From Eledone cirrhosa (taxonomy: Eukaryota), in NCBI GenBank assembly GCA_964016885.1, contig OZ024745.1:46686001-46750000 (forward strand): DNA of 64,000 nt, written 5' to 3'. The notes beneath the pieces are model-generated. The model was given only the letters and a program-made list of their open reading frames with translations. It made no database searches and was not told where the DNA came from. This document shows, in pieces, positions 25,253 to 38,417 of the stretch; position 1 is the first letter of the stretch, and each line of letters opens with the position of its first letter. Made by a program: the position numbers and the translations under genes.

Positions 25253-28082
25253 TTATGTCCACTTATCTATGTTGGCATGGTTGGATGAGACTTTGAGGTA
25301 ATATTTTATAGCTAGATACCTTTAATGGCACTAATTATTTTAGTTAGTTCTTATGACATGCTGGGATACAGTGTACCTATTCCAAACTGCATAGAAATGG
25401 GTATATATAATTATAGACATATGTGTGTGTGCATGTGTATATGCGTGTAGCTTTTATTGACACATTTCTTTCACAGAAGTTATTGTTGATTCTGTTAAAT
25501 CTTTTCCCTGTATACCTTTGGGCCTAACAAGTAATCTCCATTTATGTGCCTACATATACTCTTATATGTATATTTACTAGTTTTGGTCTTTTGTTTGTTT
25601 CATTGGAGATATACATTGTCTTCCAGAATTTAAATATTGTAATGTCAGTATAAGGCAGCGATTTAGTAATTGTCAGAATGTCAGATAGAATGCTTTGCAG
25701 TATTTATTCTGGCTCTCTGCTCTGAGTTCAAATCCCATAGAGATCAACTTTGTCTTTCATCCTTTCCAGGTTGATTAAAAAAAGTACCAGTCTAGTACTG
25801 GGGCCGATTCTTCCTCTGTATCTCTTATTCCCTTCTATTCTCTCACTCTCTATCCTTCTCGGGAAGAAACTTGCTGTGTTCAGACCTGGTTTAAAAATAC
25901 CTAAGAAACATCATATGTCAATAAGACAGCCCTACAATTCCATCAGGAGTTAGAAGTCAAAAGAAGAATATCAGTATACTGTTAGAATTTTAAAATGTGG
26001 AAGTTTTGGTTTTATTTTTTAAGTTGAATTTAGTGATGAGAACAATTCATCATTTGTAAATTACAAGAATAAATTTGATTTGAGAAAGCAAATGTTATAT
26101 CAGTCATGCAAGAGTTGTGAGGAATGTAAATTTCACACCTCTTAATAGCCTCATGCAGTACAGGTATAACATCAATATTTTTTTTGACAATTGTTGGATG
26201 AGCACTTTGTTTAATTCAAACATAAATATGAGCAGACACTTGAATTTTTTGTAACCCCAAGACTAGTTAATTCATGTTAGGACATTAGTGTGTGACATTA
26301 CATTTAATTTTAAACATTTACACACTCATATTATTATATTTGATAGATAGAATGTTTCTGGTTTCATATGTTTCTTGTGAACTATTTTCTAGTCAAGCAA
26401 AACATTAATTTGGCTTAGGTCTTGAGCCAAGAGTGCTAGAAAATGGATGGTGTACCTCTATCTACATTACTTAAATATGTGATACTACTACAGCTTATGC
26501 TTTACAATTCAACTATCTTCATTGCAAATCAACGTATGCATCATTTCTACTAACTTTTCAGTTCACACAACGATGTAGTCTTTTCCATAAATATGATATT
26601 GAAATTTTGTGATAACTGAAACTGTTTAGATCTATGTCAAGCCTATCAATTTTTATAATTTGATAAATTGTTTTGAATCAGTTTATTCCTTACCATTGTT
26701 GAATGAAACCTGATTATATTATTGTCATTTTGGACTTTAGATAGAGTACATTAAACTTTTTATTTGTAGCAACATTTTAGTTTAGTTAATAATAAATGTG
26801 TCATTTTGTAGAAGAGATAATAGTGTAATGTAAAATCATTTCATTTTCCAGCCTGGCTTGGTTCTTATGATCAGCAAAACATTTCTGTTTTACTTACCCC
26901 TGTGACATCTTTTAAAGCATTATATAACTACTTCTTCCTATGTCTTTGGTTTTATATTCCAAATACCTTTTGTCACCAATGAGTTTTTTTTTGGGGGGGG
27001 GGGGGGGGGGGCTGTACCTCATCCATATTTTCTATATATGTAGATGGGGAGTTGTTGTTTTCCCTTTCACAGATCACTGTCGTTGATTACTTAACCTTAA
27101 TATTTAATTTATTCCTCACCAATTGCTGTATATTCTTATACATTTGCTGCTATAGAGCATCAGATTTTTATGTACCCCGCATATGACCTATATTTTTGTG
27201 TAGAAATAATTCATTCTTTATTTTTATATAGATATATTGATTGTACCCTTATTCTAATTATTTTGAACTCTACTTTAACATGTGACTAATGTGATAACTC
27301 ATCTCAGTGGCTTTATTTTAATATTTTTGTTAGATCTCTACAGCTGGCCTTTCTGTTGGCTAGATTGAGTGTTAAATAATGTTTTCATATTCTTTCATCA
27401 GTAACCTTTCTTTTCATGGTCAGAGGGCAAGTTTGTTGGAATTATTTCAAACTTTACTCTCTAATGACATCATTTGTATTGACATACTTATTTTAAACAC
27501 TTCACATTATGCATCATGGTATAAAGCAATGACAAATATTTTATTTTCTACTTAAACCTTAAGTTTTATCTTTTTGTTTGTCACTGTAGATATAGTTCCT
27601 TAGAGCTTCTTTCTTCCAATCTTTTCAACTACATTTCTTATAGTCTTAACTAATATATCTGTGGTTTGATTCTTAGCTGAGCCATTGTTCCAACACTAAT
27701 TAAACTATGTGCTATATTGAGTTTTGTAGGTCTTTCTCTGTTCATATAAATAATTGATATCAATAGTTGGCATTTGTTTCCACTGTTTTCTTTTTTCTTT
27801 TTTTTGCTTATTTGTTTGTTTGTTTTTTAATAAATTCTTAAACATCCATTTTGGTTTGAAATGAGTACATTATTCCCTAGAGTTAGATTTTGTTTTCATA
27901 ACACTACTTTGTCCTTTTAAAGACAGTCTAACTCTCAGTGGCTAGCATGTTGAAGTTTATGACTGGTAAGCTTCTTTGCATTTGAGTAATGAAACGGTCA
28001 AAGTTAAGGGATTGAAGAGGATACAAATCATCAGTTAGCCAGCACTTAATAATTGCTTTTCAATATATAACTTCTACACTAT

Positions 28083-28445
28083 CACTTTAGAAGGAGAATC
28101 AGGGTGAAGAGAGAGGCACTGCACCCCAGTAAATTTACTGAAAGGTGGGTGAATGAAGCGAAAATGGCCCGAGTGATTGGTCCTTCTCTGTTTATAAGCC
28201 TGTAGGTTAAAGAAGAGAGCAAAAGGAAGAAAGGAGAACTTGCACAACACGCTCCTGGAGTTGAGGGTTGTTCTATTGACGGGGTATTAAACAACCCGTT
28301 TTTGGCGCCTCCCCGCTATTGGGGATTTCGATTGTTGTAATTGTTTGTTTTTATATTTTTTACACGACTGTGTGTAAAATCCCCGGCATGTCTTTGTATT
28401 GTCCCCTTTTCTTGTGCGCCCTTGTGGCTAATAAAGAAATATATA
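28083..28445 (+). mobile_element. 3' end of an L1/Tx1-like LINE
   Basis: HFRRRIRVKREALHPSKFTERWVNEAKMARVIGPSLFISL* resembles a Tx1-type ORF2 C-terminus; GC-richer 3' UTR ends in AATAAA (28430-28435). Confidence 0.55.
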
Positions 28446-28870
28446 TGTACATGTAGCTGCAAGCGAAGTGTTTGATAAAGTAAAAGCTTCTCAGCATTGG
28501 ATATTTTAACATTTGCATTTAATTGGGACTCTGGCTCTATAATCTGACAGACAACTAGGAGCTGGGTTTTTATGCATGGTTTGTTGAAATGTTTCAAAGG
28601 ATGTAGGAAGCTAAAAATAGGGCCAGGATAGGCTAGTATACTTAGTGAACACTCTAAAGTTTAAATAAGTTCATTATCATCATAGTTGTCAATGACTTTC
28701 TTATGCTGTTTTGGGAGTTATTCGTATTATATGGTTTAACCCTTTTGTTAACATATTTCTGATGGACACTGAATATGATTTGCGAATCATTTTGAAAATA
28801 AAGAATTTGGGAAGATTTAGTAATATCTCACTTTCTTGCTATTTATCTGGTGTTTGAAAGATAACTTAAA

Positions 28871-30332
28871 TCATCATCATCATCAACGTTTAACGTCTAT
28901 CTTCCACGCTAGCATGGGTTTAGACGGGAATTTGTCCTACTTGAGGCAATATTGGTTGGGTGACCATGTCTCACTCATATAGGGCTGTCTGGCAGGTTTT
29001 CTACGGCTGAATGCCCTTCCTAACACCAACCATGTTTACAGTGTGGAACTGGGAGGTTTTTACCGTGTTACCTACACGGCCACATTACAGCGTGGACTGT
29101 TTTTTTTTTTGTCGTGACACCTACACGACCTCATTTATTTTGGACTGGATGTTGTGGTACCAACATAACTTTACAGAGAAAGGGTGGTGTTGGTGGGGTA
29201 GAGTAGGGGTAGTGGGATGGGGGTATATATTTGGTTAGGAGGTGCCTACTGACCGTAGGTTTCGCTTTGTACATAGGCAAGGCGGGTCTTCTGTATTACT
29301 GCGTAGCGCCAAAGCTCTCAGTCCAGTGACATTGCCTTAGAGAGGTGTAAGTGTGTGAGGTCGGAATTTATCAAATCGTCCCAGGTTTTTCTGGGTCTAC
29401 CTACTCCGTAACTTCCATCAATTTTGATTGCCCTGCACTTTTTTATACAACTGTCCTCTTTCATGTGAATCACGTGACCATACCAACGTAGTCTTCTTTC
29501 GAGTAAAAAGCATCTGATCCCTCTTATTCCTAATTTCTCACTTAGTTCATTTATGTTTTGCCGTTCGCGTATATTACTATTACACATCCAACGGAGCATG
29601 GATGCTTCGTTCCGCTCCAGTCTGCGCAGATCCTTTGCACACAAAGCCCATGTCTCACTGCCATGTAACATTGCTGTTTGTATACAGGCATCATACAATC
29701 TGCTTTTCATTTTTAGAGAGAAACCTTTAGTGGTCAATAGTGGTATAAGCTCTCTGTACCTCTGGCTACTGTACTTTCAGAGCACCCTCCCCCACTGCTG
29801 ATTTTGTCACCCAGGTAATGGAAGGTGTCCACTATTTCTATAGAACCATCTGGGCAATAGAAGGAGCTAGTATCCTGTGGGCACTTGCTACTTATTGCAC
29901 TTGAGCATCGGCCACATATAAAATCTATGTTCTTAGATAGTTTACCTGTGATCCCACTACATCTTTTATGTACCCATAGTTTGCATTTGGGACATAATAT
30001 GGAATTTCTGCCTACTCCTTTCCTACACACTGAGCATGGCCATTTGCCAGAGGGTACCTGTACCCTATTTTCTTTTCTACATACTAGAACTTTAGTCTTA
30101 GACAAGTTAACTTTAAGGCCTTTTGATTCTAGGCCATGCTTCCATGTTTGGAATTTCTTCTCTAGTTCGGCCATCAATTCAGCTATGAGAGTTAGATCAT
30201 CTGCGTATAGAAGTTCCCATGGGCAGCCGATCTTGAACTCCTCTGTTATAGCCTGAAGGGCAATAATAAATAGGAGGGGGCTCAGGACAGAGCCTTGATG
30301 AACACCAACTTTTATGCTAAATTCTTGACTAT
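28871..30332 (-). mobile_element. 5'-truncated RTE-clade LINE (subfamily A), nested in a MITE
   Basis: HQGSVLSPLLF, YADD, ORFs 29734-30177 and 29318-29737, long 3' UTR, catcatcat tail. Confidence 0.94.
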
Positions 30333-31984
30333 TATATAAAATTATGTTGGAAGGTTTTTAGATAAATATAATCACTTCTAAACAGTTTTGTATCCAAGAA
30401 CCATTTACTGTTACATTTAATTTGTATGTCATTTGTACATATATTCTGAACATTTTATGTAATTATAACCTATATTGACTAGGTCGATACCGATCAAACC
30501 TTGAGCTGATCAATAGCGAAACTCGCGCCACTACTAAATAAACGTAATGAAGATATAACAAATATATATATATATATATATATATCTATATCTATATATA
30601 TATATATATCGATCTTGGTCTCCAAAAATTATGTATTTTCAATGCTATTGTTGTCATTATTGACAGTACAGGTCCACTAGTATATAAATATTCATACTGA
30701 ATATGAACATTTTTATTTAGGTTATTCATATTTAATTGTTGCATAGAATAGAGACTATTGAATTATTGGTCATTAGATATGTAAGACTGTTTTAAATAAT
30801 TGGCTTGGTTGTTGTTGCAAAGTGTTTTGTTTTTCAAGGCAATCTGGTAACCTGAATACCTTTTGGAATATGTGTAGGACAAATGATACATCATTAGTTA
30901 GTGAACTATTCATCTCTTCAGTCTGTTGGAGTAGTTAATGTCAACTAATTTAGGATTAGTCAGCAATAAGGATTACAGGAAACTAGAAGATTTTTTTTTT
31001 TTTTATTAAGTAAATTCCAGTACTCATCAGTAAGCTTAAAATAAAACGAAGAAATAAATTAGAATCGACTAAAAAAATAGATGCTAACTAATTTAATTTG
31101 TAGTTAAAGGCTCTGACTCAACTTAATAACAGAGATGAAGAAACATTAGTCACTAACAGATCATTATATATTGTATTCTAAAGTGCAAAGATGAATCATT
31201 TAACTTTTTGCTTGGAAGTAAGGTTTCTGTATTTAAAGAATAGAACAGTGTGGTCAGTTTTTTTTTCTTCTTTTTTTCCATCTCAACCCACTAATGGCAT
31301 GTTCACTAACAAAGTTATAACTGAAGTTTTAAGAAGGATACTATTTTCATAAGTAAGCTGATGTTTAGAACATTACTTAAATATTTTTCTACATAAAAAT
31401 TATGAACACCTAAAACTGGGTTGGTATCAAAAGAGTTTAATTACATTATTAGCTAGTTCATAACTTTGATGTTATATATAAAAAATCAATTCTGTCTAAG
31501 ATAGCACAATTAAAAAAATTATTGAATTGTTCTGTTCAAGAAATTAATCTCAAATGAAACAGATTAGATGTGCCTCTTACAACACAAAGAGCCAAAATTT
31601 AACATTGATATCTTCAGAATTGGGTTGATTTGACATGAAATGACTACATTGTCCATTTAATATTCTGAAGCTTTAGTTATATTCATACTTTGACCTATGA
31701 TAGAAAGGTTTAGAACATTATAAACCAGAAAGCTGTTGTATTTGATATTAACAATTATTGAAGATCTGTTCTCTATGGTGTTCCTGGGAATGGAAGTGGA
31801 TTGGCAGTATTGCTAGAGTGTTGAACAGAATACTTTATGGTATTTAGTTTTAACTTTCTATGGTCTGAGTTCAAACCTCACCAAGTTAACTGTTATTCTT
31901 AGATTATTCCTGAGATAAACCACATAGTTTAAAAACTTCTTCCATTCTTCACAAACAGTTTTCACAAAATTCTCTTGAAATGTT

Positions 31985-32260
31985 TCGTTTTTTTCATTAT
32001 AAACCTTCAATAAAACACCACTAACTACACCCACTCTTATGCTGATGACACATGCATTCCTTTCTACTCGTACTTTAAATCCACTGTTCTGATATTAGTT
32101 TATGGTGTCCAGCACTCACTTTTATTTACAGAACTTCACTTAATTCAATGGAGATATAAAACTAGTGTTCATTTCATGTAAGAAGAATGGTGTTAAACAC
32201 TTGCTTCTCATCAATAACTCTCAGTTTAAAAGAAATGCTCACTTTTTATTTTCAAGTATC
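31985..32260 (+). mobile_element. Very old CR1/L2-group RT remnant (similar remnant at ~52050-52620, minus strand)
   Basis: cactcttatgctgatgacaca = HSYADDT; the minus-strand remnant reads SYTNDTTL and LLASTFS. Confidence 0.4.
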
Positions 32261-32427
32261 TCTTCCAGTTGTTTCAGAGCATGACTGAAGAATTACAATA
32301 AAATTTGTAAATTATGTAGATGGCTATCTATGAATGGAGTTTAGGATGCCAGTATTCAAAAGAAAAGTGTTCCTGATTCAAATACTTAATGCTTTAAAAA
32401 AAAAACTAAAAAAAAGAGCAAGTCTTG

Positions 32428-32715
32428 TGATGACCTACTTTTTATAGCTGAATCTATAGTAGATTTAGACAAGAAATTCCAGCCATTGAAGCAAAACTTA
32501 GAATTGAGAGGGCTCAAAGTAAGATTCACAAAGAGTAAAGTTTTATTTAGTGAGAAAGAAGTCAGGATCCAGCTACTACCAGAAAATAGCCATGCTCGAT
32601 ATGCAGGAAAGGAGTAGGTAGAAATTCCATAAAGTGTATCCAGTGTAAACTATAGTCACACAAGAGATGCAGTGGTATAGCAGGCAAGGTTATTGAGAAG
32701 GTAGAATTTGTGACA
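32428..32715 (+). mobile_element. Old RTE RT/PHD fragment
   Basis: Translates DDLLFIAESIVDLDKKFQ..GLKV..SKVL, then (shifted) PCSICRKGVGRNSIKCIQCKL*SHKRCSGIAG. Not in the ORF track. Confidence 0.85.
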
Positions 32716-32760
32716 TCTACAGGATCAGTAAGCATGTAAACATGTAGCTGTCATCACTGT

Positions 32761-32850
32761 CTTTCTCTCATTACTCTCTACCATCACTCACTTTCTCTCA
32801 TTACTCTCTACCATCATTCGCTTTCTCTCATTACTCCCTACCATTATTGT
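32761..32850. repeat. 30-bp minisatellite x3
   Basis: Unit ctttctctcattactctctaccatcactca repeated three times. Confidence 0.9.
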
Positions 32851-35028
32851 CTTTATCCTAATCACATTGCTTTTCTTTTTTTACTCCCCTCTTCACTTTA
32901 ATCACACTGTTTTTCCCATCACATGCTTGGAAACTTCCCCCTTGACTCTGATTCCTCTGTCATTACTTGCTCTTCAATTCATCTTCTTGGTAAAATTGCT
33001 GTTGGTAGTCATGTGAGATACATAGCAATCTCACTAGATAAAATGCACTCAGTACACAGTGGTTGATGTTAGGAAGCATTTGAAGCAAAGTAAGTTGGCT
33101 AGATGTTAGAATTTGATATGTAACTAATAAAAATAAGGAAGAGTGGGTTAAGTTATATTGGGGTTTCTTCTCTAAAGACCTTCTGCTGTCCAGCTCTCCT
33201 GAGAGTTTCTGACCACCATATATTTCATTTTGGATGAACAAACTAATATAATTTGATATTCTTATTGTATTTTTCATCATTCTTATCACATTTGAATGAA
33301 TATTTATATTTTAATGTTAAAATATAAAATTGCTAATGGTTTTATTTTTTATTTAAATATATCTTAAATAAACTGACTTAAAATATTGTTGAAGTAGTTT
33401 TCCTTTTCTGTTTTCTGGTGTGAAGGCCATGAACTATAATTACTATTTACATATGTGTTATTTTTAAATTACCTAAGTGTTTTTTCAAGAGATGATTCAG
33501 TATAAATATTTAATGTACATGGCTATTTTTCTTACAAGTCACTTATAGTCCTTAGTTTTGCTGCAACTCTGTATTGATTTTCATATAAAAGCTTAGTTAT
33601 AGGGAGAATACACGCACAACACACACACACACACTTTTACACCCACACACATGCATGCAAATACTGTTTTAGCCCAATGGAGATAAGATGGCAGCTTTAG
33701 GTTATCTGTTATGGTCAGCATCCACATAAGTCATATCAGTTTTCCTTTTGTTTCTATGATAATTTATCACTTAGATATAATGAAATTATTTGATTTTTAT
33801 TGCTTCTGAAATGGTGAGAACCAGTATGTTGCTTTGTTAATGGTAGTATTGGCAGTAAAGAAAATCAAACCTATCAGCTTACTTGAACTACTACCATCTT
33901 GTGTTATGGTTGCTTCTTTATATTTTTATTCTTTTTGGTATTTATTATCTGACCTAAAGAACCACTTTGTTTTATCAATGCATCAATCTAAGTCTGTTGC
34001 CTATTATATGTTTATTTCTAGTAGTTGTATCATGTGTAAATCATTATAGCGTACTTAGAATGTGATACTGTGTTTCATGAAAAATTTTTTTTCTTCTTAA
34101 AACAGTTTTAACTTGAGTAATAGTAATTTATTTACATAAGTATTTTTGAAGGAAAAATTAATATTTTGCCATCTTTTAGTGTCCATGTTGGGCAGCATTT
34201 ATCCCAGTAAAGCTGAAGCCTCATGTAATCCTTTACATTCAGAAGCTGTATACAACTGGACCAAGTTTTTTGACATTGAATTGGTATCCACCTTAGTCTT
34301 GGCTCTTGATACCAAACCGCATGAAACTGCCTTGGTTCTATGATACAGAACTGCTTATTTAAAGCATTTATATTTATCTAAAACCTTCCATCATGGTTTT
34401 ATGTAAGAACCTTTAAGTTCCAAAACATCAATTACCTAAGTGTTTTTTCAAGGATGATTCATTATAAATATTTATATGGCTATATTTCCTAAGAGTCACT
34501 AAGTCCTTATTTTTGCACTGTTTACTTGAAAGTTCAGCTTAGAAATATGATAGTCAAAAGGTTAAACAGCATGTAAAGTGTATGTAATGCTACTAATATG
34601 ACATTAGAAATGGTACTTTGGAACAAAAGAAATTTAAATAAATATAAAAATAAAAAAAATGACACTGAATTCTATTTTTTAAAATTATTTATTTTATTTA
34701 TTTATTTATCTTTGTCATGTAGGTTTACCTCTACTACAATGGAACAATACATTTTCAGAAACCTTACAAGTTGTTGGTTTACCAACTGAAGTAACTTCAT
34801 TCTATTCTAGTGTAAACTTAGACATTACCTTTGCAAAGGAAGCAGAACTATCTTATCTGGCTTCAGATGTAAAGTGGTTTAATGTCTACTTCTATATTAG
34901 CTTGCTGTATTTCAAAATGTTTAGAAAAAGCTCATTGGAATGATATGTCAATATAACTATATTTTTATGTATGTATTTAAATGTTTGAATAGCTATCATT
35001 GAAACAAAAAAGTTTTTTTCTTCTATAG

Positions 35029-35185
35029 ATGGATTGAAACTTGTACAGATGAAGAACTCCCAACAACAACAGAACTTGAAGAAGGTCTTCGTAATGGTGT
35101 TTATCTGGCAAAGTTAGCTCATTTCTTTGCTCCTAATGGAGTAAAAGGTAAAAAGATTTATGACAAAGAACAAACCAGATACAAG
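35029..35185 (+). CDS. IQGAP1: IQGAP-family exon, start of calponin-homology (CH) domain
   Basis: ttctatAG acceptor, GTaaaa donor. Phase 2 matches the previous exon (AA|A = Lys). Translates WIETCTDEELPTTTELEEGLRNGVYLAKLAHFFAPNGVKGKKIYDKEQTRYK. Confidence 0.96.
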
Positions 35186-36803
35186 GTAAAATATTCTTAG
35201 TTCCTTTTGTTCCTTGTGGTGTATTGGGTGACAAGAGATCTCCTTTCTGTAACTGTTCCATGTATTCACATTCTGGCTTACTTCTGCAAATAACATGCTA
35301 CTACAATTCCTTAATCTTTTTGATACCAAACTGCTTGAAACCATCCTAGGTTTGATACAAAAACTGCTCATTTTAAAATGTTTATTCTTATATTAAAACG
35401 TTTCATCATAATTTTATTTTAGAAAATGTTTTTAAGTAATATTCTAGATATCTGCTTACTAATGAAAACATTAGTTATTAAATTCCCCAAATGTTTGGTT
35501 ATTTTCAAAATTAAATGAAACACAGGCTGTATGGGCTATTAAAAATATAGTAATGAAAAGGTTAAGAATCCTTAAAATCTATCTGAATTCACTTGATGGT
35601 ATTCAAATGCATGTGCTTTCTTATATACATATTATTGGCAAATAATCTCATACCATGATGAGAAATCACTTTAACTAAACTATAGAGCTATTTGAACAGT
35701 TAGCAAACAATTGTAGATAGTTTTGATGATGGTAGTGAGTAAATGTCTTTGGTCTGTTTCAAATTCAAATCCTTTTGCTTAGCTTTGTCTTTCCTCCTTT
35801 CAGCCATGAAATAAATACTAACATATTAGATCAATGAAATTAATTATATCCATTCCATTCAATAACTGACCATGTGTATTAGCATGAAAGCATTTTCATT
35901 AATTAGCAACTTTGTATTGTCTTTTTTTTTCATGTTTAGATTGTTTTTTCTCTCCCCAATATAACTCAAATGGCTTAGTTTGTTGGCTTGTAGACAACTG
36001 AGAAAATGATGGTCCATAGATTATCATCATTGTTACATTGTGTCCTCACCAAAACAACATTCATTGGCAGAATCCACCTAGTTCTGTATAGATGGTGTAG
36101 TAAGCAGATTTACCATGATAGTTCATTGGTTTTCAGTACTGAATTCAGTTTCTCGTCTACAGAAAGCTACCTTCAATAAAACAACAGCCCATCCAAAAAG
36201 AGCTTATTTCATCTGCTTTGTGCTTTCAAAAAACAAATGTTTATTGCTTATCCTATGGATTAACATGGTCTATAATGGAAAATATCAATATATTAATCCT
36301 TACGAAAGAGTTATTCAGTGCTTTTGTCTGTTGAGTGTTCTTGGATGAATTTAATTTGAATTTTTGTGATAGTCATTTCAGTTTAACTACTGGTGTTTAT
36401 ATATATCTGCCATTTTCTAAATGCATGAAATAATAATTTAAAGATATATTGAGGAAGAAACTGTTATAATTAAATTGGTTTCAAAGTAAATATTTAAATA
36501 TTGAAATTGGTTGGCTGGCATGTGCTGCAAGGCATCACCTGAATATTGGATGTCACATAGTTTGTTGAAGAATATTTCTGTGCATACAGAATCACTAATA
36601 TTTTCCATTAATGGCAAATATGAAAGCCTTATTTTTTTTTTTATAATTAGCAGTCACTCTTTCAAATTAGTTTGGTCTTTTTGTTGATATATTTTTCTTG
36701 GAGGAAGGGGACAATCTGTTTAAAAGGTTAGGTAACTATGGAGAAAGTTGGTTTTGGACCATGAGACTAAATGAAATATTTTATATATACCCATATAATT
36801 TTA

Positions 36804-36851
<48 letters not shown>
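36804..36851. repeat. (TAT)n microsatellite
   Basis: Direct reading. Confidence 0.97.
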
Positions 36852-36852
<1 letters not shown>

Positions 36853-37218
36853 AGTGTGTAAAAAAATGCATAAGATGCACAAACTGGTGACCAGATATTA
36901 TTTTAATATTTAACTTGCTGAAAGATAGAACATTCTTTAGAAATTAAACTTGTGAATTATTCCTTCTCTGCATATAAAGTTACATGACCTTTTTTAAATG
37001 TGTTTTTATCATGATAGGCTTATCGTGAATGTCTTTTTGTTAGTAATCCCTCCATTACAAATGGCATAGACACCTGCATTATACAGTCTTTTGTGGGGGA
37101 TTATCCTTTTGTTGATTTATTGTGGTAATTCTTAGTAATATATTTTCTTTTTGAAAATTGGGTTGAAGAGCTTTGAATACACAGGAATGTTTTCAAATTA
37201 CAAAATATCTTAAAACTA

Positions 37219-37259
<41 letters not shown>

Positions 37260-37273
37260 TCTCTCTTCTCTCT

Positions 37274-37473
37274 NNNNNNNNNNNNNNNNNNNNNNNNNNN
37301 NNNNNNNNNNNNNNNNNNNNNNNNNNNNNNNNNNNNNNNNNNNNNNNNNNNNNNNNNNNNNNNNNNNNNNNNNNNNNNNNNNNNNNNNNNNNNNNNNNNN
37401 NNNNNNNNNNNNNNNNNNNNNNNNNNNNNNNNNNNNNNNNNNNNNNNNNNNNNNNNNNNNNNNNNNNNNNNNN
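37274..37473. other. Assembly gap (200 N) after a (CT)n run
   Basis: N characters. Confidence 1.
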
Positions 37474-38234
37474 GGCTGACCAAGATACTCTCACGGGATG
37501 ACCAAATGAGGTTTATTTTTCAACATAGTCCCTGGAAGGAAACAATGCAATTATTAATATGAATTGAAATTTATGCATGCAAAATTTCACAACTCTAGCA
37601 TCAATCCTTCATAATCAGCCTATGAACTTTTTAATTGACACTTGCAAATACATATATATTTTAAATGTGACTGTGTGTATCCTGGTTTTAGAATAGGTAC
37701 TCTGTATCCTTACGTGTCGTAAGAAGTGACTAAAAAGGTTGGCATCAGGAAAGGCATCTGGCTATAAAACATTACCTCAAAATATCCTGTTCAACCTGTG
37801 TCAGCATGGAAAAATGGATTGTAAAAATGATAATTGTAATGTTGAGGTAATTTAATTTTATTGAAAATTGCAGCGTTCAAATAATATACAAGCAGCTCAT
37901 TGATAAATGTATTGATATTTACAATTTCAACATTACTAAAACTGCCAAGTATTGATGTAATTTATACATTTAGCTTTTAAAAAGACTTGAAATACTGTTG
38001 AGCTGAAAGACTAAATCTAATTTTGATATGAGCTGAAAATTTCAGTGTAAATGGGTTAATTGATCAGCTTGTTAAGTGAGAAATTGGCAGAGGTCCTTGC
38101 AAAATTTGTTAGCTCTGTGCTCTGAGTTCAAATCTTGCCAATGGCAGCTTTGCCTTTCATCCTTTCAGAGGAGAGAGTCAATAAAATACGAGTCCAGAGA
38201 CAGTGGATTGGTGGAATTGTTGAAGCATCAGAAG

Positions 38235-38417
38235 TAATTGTTTCTACTTTAGGCACAAGGCCAGCAATTACCCAGTGCATTACTGGTACTTTATTTTATC
38301 GACCCCGTAAGGATGAAAGGCAAAGTCAGCCTCGGCGGGATTTGAACTCAGATCGTAAAGGGACGTAACTATGCTGGAAAGCATGGCGTCCGAACCTCTA
38401 CCGATACTGCCAATCCA
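38235..38417 (-). mobile_element. SINE family B, nested in an older + strand relative
   Basis: Reverse complement of 25072-25252. The older head (agtggattgg.. 38202) resumes after it (..gagttcaaatcctgc, ending ~38467). Confidence 0.85.

Noticed and set aside
30503-30524. CTGATCA..GAAAC minimal hammerhead-like string
   Set aside because: The invariant G of CUGANGA is a C, and there is no stem II.
32761-32850. 30-bp repeats superficially CRISPR-sized
   Set aside because: Head-to-tail with no spacers, no cas genes, eukaryotic context.
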